From Escherichia phage vB_EcoM_VR25: a stretch of 64,000 nt of DNA. Position 1 is the first letter of the stretch. Each line of letters starts with the position of its first letter. The position numbers were made by a program, and so were the translations under genes. The notes under the pieces were generated by a model. It worked only from the letters and a program-made list of their open reading frames with translations. It ran no database searches and had not been told where the DNA came from. Location of the stretch: the sequence record NC_028925.1. One strand, 5' to 3'. This document shows, piece after piece, positions 41,028 to 49,691 of the stretch.

Positions 41028-42308
41028 ATGGCAAAGATTAACGAACTGCTGCGCGAGTCAACTACCACTACCAGCAACTCCTTGGGCCGCCCGAATCTTG
41101 TTGCTTTGACCCGTGCTACAACCAAATTGATTTACCGCGATATTATCGCTGAACAACGTACTAACCAGCCAGTTGCGGCTCTGTACGGTGTTAAATATCT
41201 TACTCCTGATAATGAATTCAGTTTCCAGACTGGTGCTACTTATGGTGGTGAAGTCGGTTCTAAAGACCGTACAACTATTCCAGAATTAGCTACAGCTACT
41301 CAGCCTGTTGCTAAAGGCGAATATGTAAAATATCAAAATATCGTTTACAAAGCTCTGGTGGATAATCCATTTGCAACAACCACAGAAACAGTATTATCTG
41401 ATGTTCTACAGGAAGGTCTTATTGCATCGACTATTCGTTTAGTTCCTGATGCAGCGCATACCGAGAAATTTGAAGCCGGTGATGTTGAAATTAGTAACGC
41501 CGTGTTCCAGGTTAATAAATGGAATGCTCCTGTTAAATCCCGTAAATTGAAAACTGCACTGACTGTTGAACTTGCTCAGGATATGGAAGCAAACGGTTTT
41601 AATGCTCCTGCTTTCCTGGAAGACCTGCTTGCAACTACCATGGCAGACGAAATTAACAAAGATGTTCTGCAGTCTCTGATTACCGTTTCCAAGCGTTATA
41701 AAGTCACTGGCGTTTCTGATAAAGGTTTCATCGATTTGACATATGATTCAGCTCCAGAAGGCGCACGTAAACTATACGAACTGGTTTGCGAAATGAACTC
41801 TGAAATTCAGAAAACTACATCTTACTCTGGTACATTCGTTGTTGCCTCAAGTCGTGTGGCCGCGATGCTCGCCGGTTCCGGTTGGTTGAAACATAAACCT
41901 GAAGATGAACAATGGCTCCCGGAAACCGCGTACGGCTATTTGATTAATGGTCTTCCTGTATTCTGTGATGTTAACAGTCCATTGGATTATGTAACCGTTG
42001 GCGTTAAAGAAAATTACGGTGGAAACGAAGTCGTAGGCTCAATCTTCTATGCTCCTTATACCGAAGGCCTGGACTTAGATGATGAAGAACATGTAGGTGC
42101 GTTTAAGGTCATTGTGGACCCAGACAGCTTGCAGCCATCTATCTCCTTGATGGTTCGATATGCACTTTCAGCTAACCCTTACACCGTTGCTAAAGACGAC
42201 AAAGAAGCTCGTATTATCGATGCAACTAATATGGATTTAATGGCCGGCCAGAGCAACATGTCTTATCTGCTCGGTGTTAAACTTCCACCAATCATTTATG
42301 AGGCGTAA
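41028..42308 (+). CDS. 24: gp24 head vertex protein
   Basis: ORF track 426 aa; N-terminus MAKINELLRESTTT...GRPNLVALTRATTKLIY matches T4 gp24. Confidence 0.9.
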   Translation: MAKINELLRESTTTTSNSLGRPNLVALTRATTKLIYRDIIAEQRTNQPVAALYGVKYLTPDNEFSFQTGATYGGEVGSKDRTTIPELATATQPVAKGEYVKYQNIVYKALVDNPFATTTETVLSDVLQEGLIASTIRLVPDAAHTEKFEAGDVEISNAVFQVNKWNAPVKSRKLKTALTVELAQDMEANGFNAPAFLEDLLATTMADEINKDVLQSLITVSKRYKVTGVSDKGFIDLTYDSAPEGARKLYELVCEMNSEIQKTTSYSGTFVVASSRVAAMLAGSGWLKHKPEDEQWLPETAYGYLINGLPVFCDVNSPLDYVTVGVKENYGGNEVVGSIFYAPYTEGLDLDDEEHVGAFKVIVDPDSLQPSISLMVRYALSANPYTVAKDDKEARIIDATNMDLMAGQSNMSYLLGVKLPPIIYEA

Positions 42309-43592
42309 ATGCAAAAGATTAACGCACTAATTCACGAATCAACATTAACGGCGGCCAACCAGGTCGCCCGTCCTAATTTGCTTTCTTATACTCGGGCTAC
42401 GAATAAACGAATTTTTAAAGCTCTTGTGGCCGAACAGAAAACTACTCAGCCAGTCGCAGCGCTGTATGGCGTTCGTGTTCTGAACCCAGATGATAAAATG
42501 ACTTATCTTGGTGGAGCAACATTTGCAGGCCAGATTGGTATGTTCGAGCGTAAGAATATTCCAGAATTTACGAACAAAGACGAAGCTTATGCAGTCGGCA
42601 ACATGTTCCAGTTTGAAAGCATTGTATTCAAAGCTTTGGAAGCTTCTCCTTTTGCCGGGACCCTCGAAACTGATTTGGGTGAAGTTATTTCTGAAGCCAT
42701 TGCGGCTGGCCATATAAGAATGATGTCAGATGCGGCTTTCACTGATAAATTTGAACAAGGACATCCTGAAATTGCTGAAGCCGGTTTCCGTATTGATAAA
42801 TGGCAGACTGAAGTTAAATCCAGAAAACTGAAAACCTCTTTAACCGTTGAGCTTGCGCAAGACCTGGAAGCAAATGGTTTCGACGCAACAGATTTTATTG
42901 ATAATATCCTTGGTATTCAAATGGCAGAGGAAATTAATAAGGACGTACTGCAATCTTTAATTACCGTGAGTTCGCGTTTTAAAGTCCAGGGTGTTTCCGA
43001 AAAAGGTGTACTTAATCTTACTGATGCCGCTTATGATAATGCTCAGGACCGTGCTCGAACTCTGTATTATTATATGTGCGAAATGAATTCCGCAGTTCAA
43101 CGTCAGACTTCGTTCGCTGGTACATATGCAGTCGCTTCTTCCCGTTGTGCAGCTATTTTAGCAGCTTCTGGCTGGGTTGAGAAAAAGGAAGACCAAGATG
43201 AATTGGCCTATGGTGTTCTGAAGAACGGTTTGCCACTTTATGCAGATATGAATAGCCCGTGCGATTATGTTATTGTTGGTGTAAATGCTGATATGGGTGA
43301 AGGTCAGACAGTCGCATCTTTGTATTATGCGCCTTATACGGAAGGTCTTAGTGAAGTTGATGATGAGGGTGACACCTCGGTTGGGGAATTCAAGGTTATC
43401 GTTGACCCCGAAAGTTTACAGCCTACAGTTGCACTGTTAGCTCGTTATGCACTGACTGCAAACCCTTACACCGTTGCTAAAGACGATAAAGAAGCTCGCA
43501 TTATTGATGGAGCTGATATGGATAAGATGGCTAACCAAAGCCAATTGAGTTCTTATCTTGGTGTTAAACTTCCACCACTGGAAAAAGAATAA
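42309..43592 (+). CDS. gp24 paralog (second head vertex protein copy, tandem duplicate)
   Basis: ORF track 427 aa; collinear similarity to the preceding gene (MQKINALIHEST..., ...PYTVAKDDKEARIID...GVKLPP). Confidence 0.85.
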   Translation: MQKINALIHESTLTAANQVARPNLLSYTRATNKRIFKALVAEQKTTQPVAALYGVRVLNPDDKMTYLGGATFAGQIGMFERKNIPEFTNKDEAYAVGNMFQFESIVFKALEASPFAGTLETDLGEVISEAIAAGHIRMMSDAAFTDKFEQGHPEIAEAGFRIDKWQTEVKSRKLKTSLTVELAQDLEANGFDATDFIDNILGIQMAEEINKDVLQSLITVSSRFKVQGVSEKGVLNLTDAAYDNAQDRARTLYYYMCEMNSAVQRQTSFAGTYAVASSRCAAILAASGWVEKKEDQDELAYGVLKNGLPLYADMNSPCDYVIVGVNADMGEGQTVASLYYAPYTEGLSEVDDEGDTSVGEFKVIVDPESLQPTVALLARYALTANPYTVAKDDKEARIIDGADMDKMANQSQLSSYLGVKLPPLEKE

Positions 43593-43611
43593 GGGCCTTG
43601 CGGCCCTTTTT
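43593..43611. terminator. terminator hairpin GGGCC-UUGC-GGCCC plus U-run
   Basis: read directly between the gp24 paralog (+) and rnlB (-). Confidence 0.55.
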
Positions 43612-43612
43612 A

Positions 43613-44617
43613 TTAACTAATTAATGCAATCCAAACATGTCTTAATGTATCTCTTACATTTGCAATGAGTTGCTTTTTAACTTCAACAGGATTTTCCGTC
43701 TGGGTTAATTCAAGGCCTTCCCGACCTGCTTCTTCCAAAATATCTTGAACAGTCAAACCCATTACCTTTCCAAAATCCTTTGGCGTTACTTCCCCAATTT
43801 TACTGATAACATTGTTGATGCGGTTAACAGTCACATAATCAGTGAACTTCCATAAAATGTCCAGGTCTTCCTGGGACAACACAACAGCAGCCTTGATAGG
43901 CTTATCAGACTTTTTCTTTTCGCTGAATTTAGAGTTCTTACATTTAATCGCTACGCGCTCACCATTAGGTAACCAGGCCGGAGTATCAGGTTTAAGAACA
44001 TACCCTTCTGCAGTGAATACTTTACCTTCAACCTTTGCGTCAAAATCGGTGGTATTCGCGGTAGTCAAACCCGCATTATCTACTGTAAAATTGTAATCAG
44101 GAACCACAGAATCCAGGTCGTTAGGGAGCTTAATCAAGTCTTCAAAGCTACCCGTAGCCAGTCGTGGGGCAACCTTAAATTTATGGATAATACAGAAGGC
44201 TTCCATCAATGAATCAGTCAAAACAGATTCAGAGCCATCTTCCTTAGTAACGCGGATATCAAATACATAGAAATCTTTGTCACCATAATCAACATTCTTC
44301 TGGATACCCGCCCCGGCAAACTCACCATAAATTTGGTATGATTGATAATTAATATCCTGTAAAAGTCTCTGCACAGTTTTAATGGAATCTGCATAGTTCT
44401 TGAGTACAATTTCGTAGCCATAGAAATCTTCTGCAGGTAGGATAGGTCCAGTGCGTTTCGCACATGTCACATTGTCTTGTTCAATGATTAATGAAAAGTT
44501 GGTGCCATGAATTTTCTCACGCGCTACCCATTCACCGCTGGTGAAGCCTTGCAGGCGAATCTTTTCAATGAACTTGTTGTTATAGTGATTTTCAAGGCTG
44601 TTGTATTTCTTAAACAT
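43613..44617 (-). CDS. rnlB: RNA ligase 2
   Basis: ORF track 334 aa (T4 Rnl2 334); [13 protein letters not shown]... and nucleotidyltransferase motif KIHGTN. Confidence 0.9.
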   Translation of the reverse strand: MFKKYNSLENHYNNKFIEKIRLQGFTSGEWVAREKIHGTNFSLIIEQDNVTCAKRTGPILPAEDFYGYEIVLKNYADSIKTVQRLLQDINYQSYQIYGEFAGAGIQKNVDYGDKDFYVFDIRVTKEDGSESVLTDSLMEAFCIIHKFKVAPRLATGSFEDLIKLPNDLDSVVPDYNFTVDNAGLTTANTTDFDAKVEGKVFTAEGYVLKPDTPAWLPNGERVAIKCKNSKFSEKKKSDKPIKAAVVLSQEDLDILWKFTDYVTVNRINNVISKIGEVTPKDFGKVMGLTVQDILEEAGREGLELTQTENPVEVKKQLIANVRDTLRHVWIALIS

Positions 44618-44703
44618 AATCTCTCACTTTTGATGTTATAAATATCATTATAAATTATACCCTCTATACTTTCTTTCTCTGAAAGGAATTAATCGTATCG
44701 GAA

Positions 44704-44740
44704 GGTCTAGAACCATTATACCACAATTTTATTTGAAGCA
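44704..44740 (-). promoter_or_regulatory. middle-promoter-like element (MotA-box-like TGCTTCA, 13 bp, TATAAT, GGTTCTAGACC) upstream of rnlB
   Basis: minus-strand reading. Confidence 0.45.
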
Positions 44741-44746
44741 AAAAGG

Positions 44747-45010
44747 TCAGAATTTTACATACAATGTTGGCTTGTTTTCTTGCCAATTATAATTCCAGGT
44801 AAATGATGTAAATTTTTCTGCCCGCAGAAAATCAGATATCTTTGTGCGGTTTCCTTCTTCATACTCTTTTTCAGAAACTGCCATATTAACAGCATCTTTG
44901 CCATTCTCGGCAGCGGCAATAGCCACTTTGCGAAATATAACAATAAAGTCATTTGCAACTTTATCTTGTGATTCTTTAGCCATTTGGCGTAGTTCTTCTG
45001 CGAATGTCAT
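44747..45010 (-). CDS. hypothetical protein
   Basis: ORF track 87 aa. Confidence 0.45.
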   Translation of the reverse strand: MTFAEELRQMAKESQDKVANDFIVIFRKVAIAAAENGKDAVNMAVSEKEYEEGNRTKISDFLRAEKFTSFTWNYNWQENKPTLYVKF

Positions 45011-45210
45011 TTCTTCACCTTTTTGTTAAACAACCGCTTGCGGTATACGATTTTCTCTCGTGACTTGAACTTTTCTTTAGCTTGTTCAACATCAACCCAT
45101 GCCTTTGCCATTTCTTTAGCGGTCCCGCCTAATACCTTGGCGATTTCAATAAATGTCATACCAGTTTCATGCAGGAAATGTACTTTAACCTTATTCATAA
45201 CCATTCTCAT
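45007..45210 (-). CDS. hypothetical small basic protein
   Basis: ORF track 67 aa; start/stop overlap with the downstream gene. Confidence 0.4.
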   Translation of the reverse strand: MRMVMNKVKVHFLHETGMTFIEIAKVLGGTAKEMAKAWVDVEQAKEKFKSREKIVYRKRLFNKKVKK

Positions 45211-45347
45211 GTTGAGTTAGTGAAGCTATCTTAACATGGAATTTTTAACTTGTAAACAGGAGTTTTATGCCAGATATTCTTGAACGTAAAGATTTACTTT
45301 ACAACCGCCACTACTTTAATAAATATTAAATTAATAACGGAGGATTT

Positions 45348-46928
45348 ATGACACAAACTACAGGTGAAAAAGAAGGCGTATTTTACGGTTATTCTCTTTA
45401 TGATTTGAATAAAGAAAAACTAATAACTTTTGATGAATTACTTACAGGTGTTCAAGGAGAGCCCGGAGAAAATGGCGATATTGGACCAAAAGGCCCTATT
45501 GGTTTAACAGGTCCTCAAGGACCGAAAGGTGATACCGGGTCAAAAGGTATTAAAGGTGATACCGGCCCTCAAGGTATTCAAGGGCCCGCTGGCCCACAAG
45601 GTCCTCAGGGAGAAAAGGGAGTCCAAGGTTTAGCTGGAGTCCAAGGCATTCAAGGACCAGTCGGCCACCAAGGAGTGAAAGGTGATACCGGCCCTCAAGG
45701 TATTCAAGGACCGAAAGGTGATACAGGTCCTCAAGGCCCACAAGGTGACAAAGGCGAAATGGGTCCGGTGGGTCCGGCTGGTCTAACATGGAAAGGAACA
45801 TGGGACGCTGATGTAGAGTATTCTATAAATGAGGCTGTCGGATATGGTGGTTCTTTATATTTCGCCAAAACAAAAGTTCCTAATGGCGAAATACCAACAC
45901 CGACTTCTAACTATTGGGGTGTTTTGGCTACCGAGGGTCCACAAGGTCCACAAGGTCAACAAGGTCTTAAAGGTGATACCGGTCCTCAAGGTATTCAAGG
46001 ACCTGTAGGGCCTGTAGGGCAGCAGGGTATTCAGGGACCAAGAGGACTTCAAGGGTCAGAAGGTGAAATAGGACCGCGGGGTATTCAAGGGCTAAAAGGC
46101 GAAACTGGGCCCGCTGGTCCACAGGGTATTCAAGGGCTAAAAGGCGAGGTGGGTGCTCAGGGTCCTTCTGGTTCTCCTGGACTTACAGGACCAGAAGGAC
46201 CTCGTGGGTTAACAGGCGAAGCTGGAGCTCAAGGACCTCGTGGTGCTATAGGTCCTATCGGTTTAACAGGTCCTATCGGTTTAACGGGTCCTCAAGGTAT
46301 TCAAGGTCCTAAAGGTGATACAGGTCCTCAAGGCTTACAAGGTCCTCAAGGCTTACGAGGTATTCAAGGAGCTCCTGGAGTAAAAGGAGAAGCGGGTGCA
46401 CAAGGTCCTATCGGTTTAACAGGTCCGAAAGGTGATACCGGTCCTCAAGGTATTCAAGGACCGAAAGGTGATACAGGAGCACAAGGTCCTATTGGTTTAA
46501 CTGGACCTAAAGGTGATACAGGCCCGAGCCCTTATACTGTTTATAATTATTCTAATGTTGCAACTGGTTATGCTGAAATGGTTATGCCTGGTGTGTCATC
46601 AAACACAGTATTTAGACTTCGTTCAGTTGGAACTAATATAGAATATAGTGTTCTAAGTAAAGGCGGAGCTAATAGATATGTAGATTGGCACTTTTCAATT
46701 CCAAGTGTTTCCGGCAATACAGTAAGTACTAATAGCGGAACTAATACATTAACTCCTACAGGTAATTTTACTATTGTGGCGACCGCTTATAATGGACTAA
46801 GGGGATTTACAATAACATTATGCGAGTGGGGTTCAAGAGCTATTGTTGATATCACTGTTTATCATCATGGGCGTTCGGGAGACACAACCAAAGCTGTGGC
46901 TATTCGTATGACTACTACAAAATACTAA
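45348..46928 (+). CDS. collagen-like (Gly-X-Y repeat) protein with C-terminal globular domain
   Basis: ORF track 526 aa; two long Gly-X-Y runs separated by a roughly 50-aa non-collagenous insert; GGAGG RBS; no counterpart in T4 at this position. Confidence 0.8.
   Translation: MTQTTGEKEGVFYGYSLYDLNKEKLITFDELLTGVQGEPGENGDIGPKGPIGLTGPQGPKGDTGSKGIKGDTGPQGIQGPAGPQGPQGEKGVQGLAGVQGIQGPVGHQGVKGDTGPQGIQGPKGDTGPQGPQGDKGEMGPVGPAGLTWKGTWDADVEYSINEAVGYGGSLYFAKTKVPNGEIPTPTSNYWGVLATEGPQGPQGQQGLKGDTGPQGIQGPVGPVGQQGIQGPRGLQGSEGEIGPRGIQGLKGETGPAGPQGIQGLKGEVGAQGPSGSPGLTGPEGPRGLTGEAGAQGPRGAIGPIGLTGPIGLTGPQGIQGPKGDTGPQGLQGPQGLRGIQGAPGVKGEAGAQGPIGLTGPKGDTGPQGIQGPKGDTGAQGPIGLTGPKGDTGPSPYTVYNYSNVATGYAEMVMPGVSSNTVFRLRSVGTNIEYSVLSKGGANRYVDWHFSIPSVSGNTVSTNSGTNTLTPTGNFTIVATAYNGLRGFTITLCEWGSRAIVDITVYHHGRSGDTTKAVAIRMTTTKY
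45553..46477 (+). repeat. near-identical direct repeats inside the collagen-like gene
   Basis: 32-mer AAAGGTGATACCGGCCCTCAAGGTATTCAAGG exact at 45553 and 45678, one mismatch at 45969, again within 46425-46477; tandem CCTATCGGTTTAACAGGT at 46252/46267. Confidence 0.7.
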
Positions 46929-46937
46929 GGAGCTTTA

Positions 46938-47801
46938 ATGGAACCGGTTAAAGCTGTGTTAGAGCCTGATGTAATAGATGTGGAATATGGTAATACATAC
47001 TCGGCTACTGTAACTCTGTCTCCTATAGAAAATATTCCAGATGGTTCCGTGATAAGATATGATTGGGTTGTTAATAACAAGTTCGTTGGTACGGGTGAAG
47101 CTACTCGTACCACCCAACCATCTCAGACCGGAAATTATGTATTATCATGTAGAGTATTCATTACTCCGCCTAATGAAAATACTGTAATGATAACAACTAA
47201 TAAATCATATGGGTATGTATATAAAAATTCCGATACAAGTCCAGTAGATGCAGAAATATTATATGATAACAAGATATACCAAATAGGAAGCAAAGTTAGA
47301 TTATTAGCCGTTGCCAATAACCCAGATACCAACTTTGTTAAAGGTATTATATGGAAGGATGCTGATGGTAAGATAATAGGTATAGGTCGGGAATATATCC
47401 ATACAATGCAATCAGAGTATGATATAGTTCGAGCTAAAGTTACAATGGATTCGCCTATAAGAGATGAATTTAGTAAGAACTTTACTATACATTTGTACGC
47501 TATAAATGTTCAAGAAGGAACATGTATAAGATATATTCATCCTTTAGACCACAGGGATGCAGGATTTATCTGGTGTGGTTGGTGGGTTATGGATGAAATC
47601 CAACGAGCGATAAAACTTGGGCTGGATTGGAAAAATCCAAAAGAGCTAGATTTAAATTACAAGTGTGATTTAGAGACATTAGCGTTATTGCTCAAGACAT
47701 ATCCTGAAGCCGAAGTTCAAGAATCAAGACACGGATATATAATAACCAGACTACAAATTGAGACTGGCGAAATATATAAAAAACCATATGAAGTAAAATA
47801 A
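46938..47801 (+). CDS. Hoc-like capsid decoration protein (second copy)
   Basis: ORF track 287 aa; C-terminal ...HPLDHRDAGFIWCGWWVMDEIQRAIK...YPEAEVQESRHGYII... parallels the capsid-binding C-terminus of the hoc product downstream. Confidence 0.7.
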   Translation: MEPVKAVLEPDVIDVEYGNTYSATVTLSPIENIPDGSVIRYDWVVNNKFVGTGEATRTTQPSQTGNYVLSCRVFITPPNENTVMITTNKSYGYVYKNSDTSPVDAEILYDNKIYQIGSKVRLLAVANNPDTNFVKGIIWKDADGKIIGIGREYIHTMQSEYDIVRAKVTMDSPIRDEFSKNFTIHLYAINVQEGTCIRYIHPLDHRDAGFIWCGWWVMDEIQRAIKLGLDWKNPKELDLNYKCDLETLALLLKTYPEAEVQESRHGYIITRLQIETGEIYKKPYEVK

Positions 47802-47804
47802 AAG

Positions 47805-47822
47805 GGCCTTGCGGCCCTTTAT
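47805..47822. terminator. terminator hairpin GGGCC-UUGC-GGCCC between convergent genes
   Basis: read directly. Confidence 0.5.
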
Positions 47823-47824
47823 CA

Positions 47825-48928
47825 TTAATAGACGTAATCGTATATAATACCAGCTTCCAATGCCGAACGGTGGACGATACGACCGTTACGAGATTCCTGT
47901 ACATCAACTTCCGGGTAATCACTAAGCATTTTGGCTAATACCGCCAGATGACAATAATATGGTGTATCCTCTTTAGTGGCTTTTTTCCAATCTGTACTTT
48001 CAGATGTTAATTTCTGAATAGCGTCCATAACCCACCAGCCACACCAAATATACGCAGTATTACGGACAGGAAGTGGATGTACATAAATTAAAGGGCATTC
48101 TTCTGGAATAACAGGCTCTGCTTCTTCCACAGTAACGGACTTAGTACCTGATTTAACTGAATTTGTAAAGCCTGTTTGTGATGCGGTAACTTCACAAGTA
48201 TATGTCTTCAAGCCTTCAGTGGATTCCGTTATTGCTCTTGTTGCTTCTGTTGAGTTGTCGTCCCATTTATATGCAAGAGTCGCACCAGGGATAGCAGGGG
48301 ACACAGAAGCTGTCAAATTGAATGGAACATCAACCGTTGCAGTAGACGGGCCTGAAATCTCAACAGTGAACTCAGGAAATGTATTGTTTTCGACCGTAAC
48401 AACTACTGCCTCAGGATTAATAACTTGATTGTCATAATCTGCCGCAGAAACGGTAATTTGGCAAGTTAAAGAAACTGGTCCTGCGTCAGTAGCAGCACGA
48501 GTAATATCTTTAGTAATTTCACCAGTAGACCACAAATATGCTATTGTAGCTCCACCGGGTTCACCTGTTACATTAGCCGAAGCGTTATATTCCTGACCAA
48601 CTTTAACAGTAGGAGTGGAAGTTGTTAATGTTGCTGTTGCAGCCATAGTCTTATTATTAACCGTAATGGTTGTTTGAGCCTCTGCCGTTTCAGGCTCTCC
48701 TTCTTCCGGCGTTGTGGTGGCAACAACTTTAATTACTTTTGAACCTGCTGGGCCAGCTGCAATATAATCCATAGTAGCAATAACAGAATCTTGTGGAACA
48801 TCATCAACGGTCCATACAAAAGATTCGGTACCAGCGACAGCGGCTCCAGCCCCAGTAGCAGTAAAATTAGTTGTTGCACCTATAACCGCTGTAGGTGTTA
48901 AAGGGGCAATTGATACAGTATAAGCCAT
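47825..48928 (-). CDS. hoc: Hoc, highly immunogenic outer capsid protein
   Basis: ORF track 367 aa (T4 about 376); C-terminus ...CPLIYVHP...AYIWCGWWVMD...YPEVDVQESRNGRIVH... matches T4 Hoc; minus orientation as in T4. Confidence 0.8.
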   Translation of the reverse strand: MAYTVSIAPLTPTAVIGATTNFTATGAGAAVAGTESFVWTVDDVPQDSVIATMDYIAAGPAGSKVIKVVATTTPEEGEPETAEAQTTITVNNKTMAATATLTTSTPTVKVGQEYNASANVTGEPGGATIAYLWSTGEITKDITRAATDAGPVSLTCQITVSAADYDNQVINPEAVVVTVENNTFPEFTVEISGPSTATVDVPFNLTASVSPAIPGATLAYKWDDNSTEATRAITESTEGLKTYTCEVTASQTGFTNSVKSGTKSVTVEEAEPVIPEECPLIYVHPLPVRNTAYIWCGWWVMDAIQKLTSESTDWKKATKEDTPYYCHLAVLAKMLSDYPEVDVQESRNGRIVHRSALEAGIIYDYVY

Positions 48929-48939
48929 AAAACCTCCAA

Positions 48940-48958
48940 GGGCCGAAGCCCTTTTGTT
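48940..48958. terminator. GC hairpin GGGC-N4-GCCC (UUCG loop on the minus strand)
   Basis: read directly between inh end and hoc start; may be a terminator or a stabilising 5' hairpin. Confidence 0.35.
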
Positions 48959-49637
48959 AATTTAAACGAATAAAAGATGAGTTACGTGTTTCACGAATAA
49001 GAATGGAACCGTCACGATTGATATAGTAAATCAAACTAAACAATGTTTGGTGTGCGCTTGCATGAGTAAAAGAAGTAGGGCGTTCTTTCCAGTCCGGGGT
49101 CTCTTTAATCCACTGGTAAATCCACCAAGGGAGAGTACAATATCCAGGAGCTTTGCCCAGCATAAGCAGATTGGGGCTAAAATTTTTAGGCAGTGTAAAT
49201 TTAGGAGTTTCAGCTTCGATGATTTGAGCGACAGCTTCTTCAAAGTCTTCGGAAACAAACGGCACTTCAATTTCAACGAGTTTAACTTCTGATTCAGGAA
49301 CAACTTCCTGGGTAACTTCGACTACTTCAACGGGTGCTTCTGGAGCATCAAACAAAAGAACAGCTTCAGGTTTAGCTGATTCTTCACCTTCAAACTTACC
49401 ACCTGATAATTCATCATCGGCATTAATAAGGTCGGTGATGCTTAAGCCTTCGTTATCGTCCGGCATAGGCATGTCAGCAAATGCTTGCAGCCCGGCTTCC
49501 AGGTCAATCAACATATTATCGAAAGTTTTTGTTTTCTTAACATCAACACCAAGCGATGATGCATATTCAGCTAATTTTTCTTTGGCTTCTTTTTTCTCGA
49601 GGACACGAATTTCCTCAATATAGTTCTTATCAATCAT
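48957..49637 (-). CDS. inh: Inh, inhibitor of prohead protease
   Basis: ORF track 226 aa (T4 Inh 226); position next to hoc. Confidence 0.7.
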   Translation of the reverse strand: MIDKNYIEEIRVLEKKEAKEKLAEYASSLGVDVKKTKTFDNMLIDLEAGLQAFADMPMPDDNEGLSITDLINADDELSGGKFEGEESAKPEAVLLFDAPEAPVEVVEVTQEVVPESEVKLVEIEVPFVSEDFEEAVAQIIEAETPKFTLPKNFSPNLLMLGKAPGYCTLPWWIYQWIKETPDWKERPTSFTHASAHQTLFSLIYYINRDGSILIRETRNSSFIRLN

Positions 49638-49655
49638 AATGAACCTCGGTTATTG

Positions 49656-49663
49656 TATAAATA
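49656..49663 (+). promoter_or_regulatory. late promoter TATAAATA
   Basis: exact octamer upstream of uvsW. Confidence 0.5.
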
Positions 49664-49691
49664 TAGATATATTTATTACCTTGGAATCATC

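Noticed and set aside
45456-46520. Possible CRISPR or tandem-repeat array suggested by periodic nucleotide repeats
   Set aside because: The periodicity is 9 bp / in-frame Gly-X-Y codons within a long ORF, with no spacer-repeat architecture; it is a collagen-like coding repeat.
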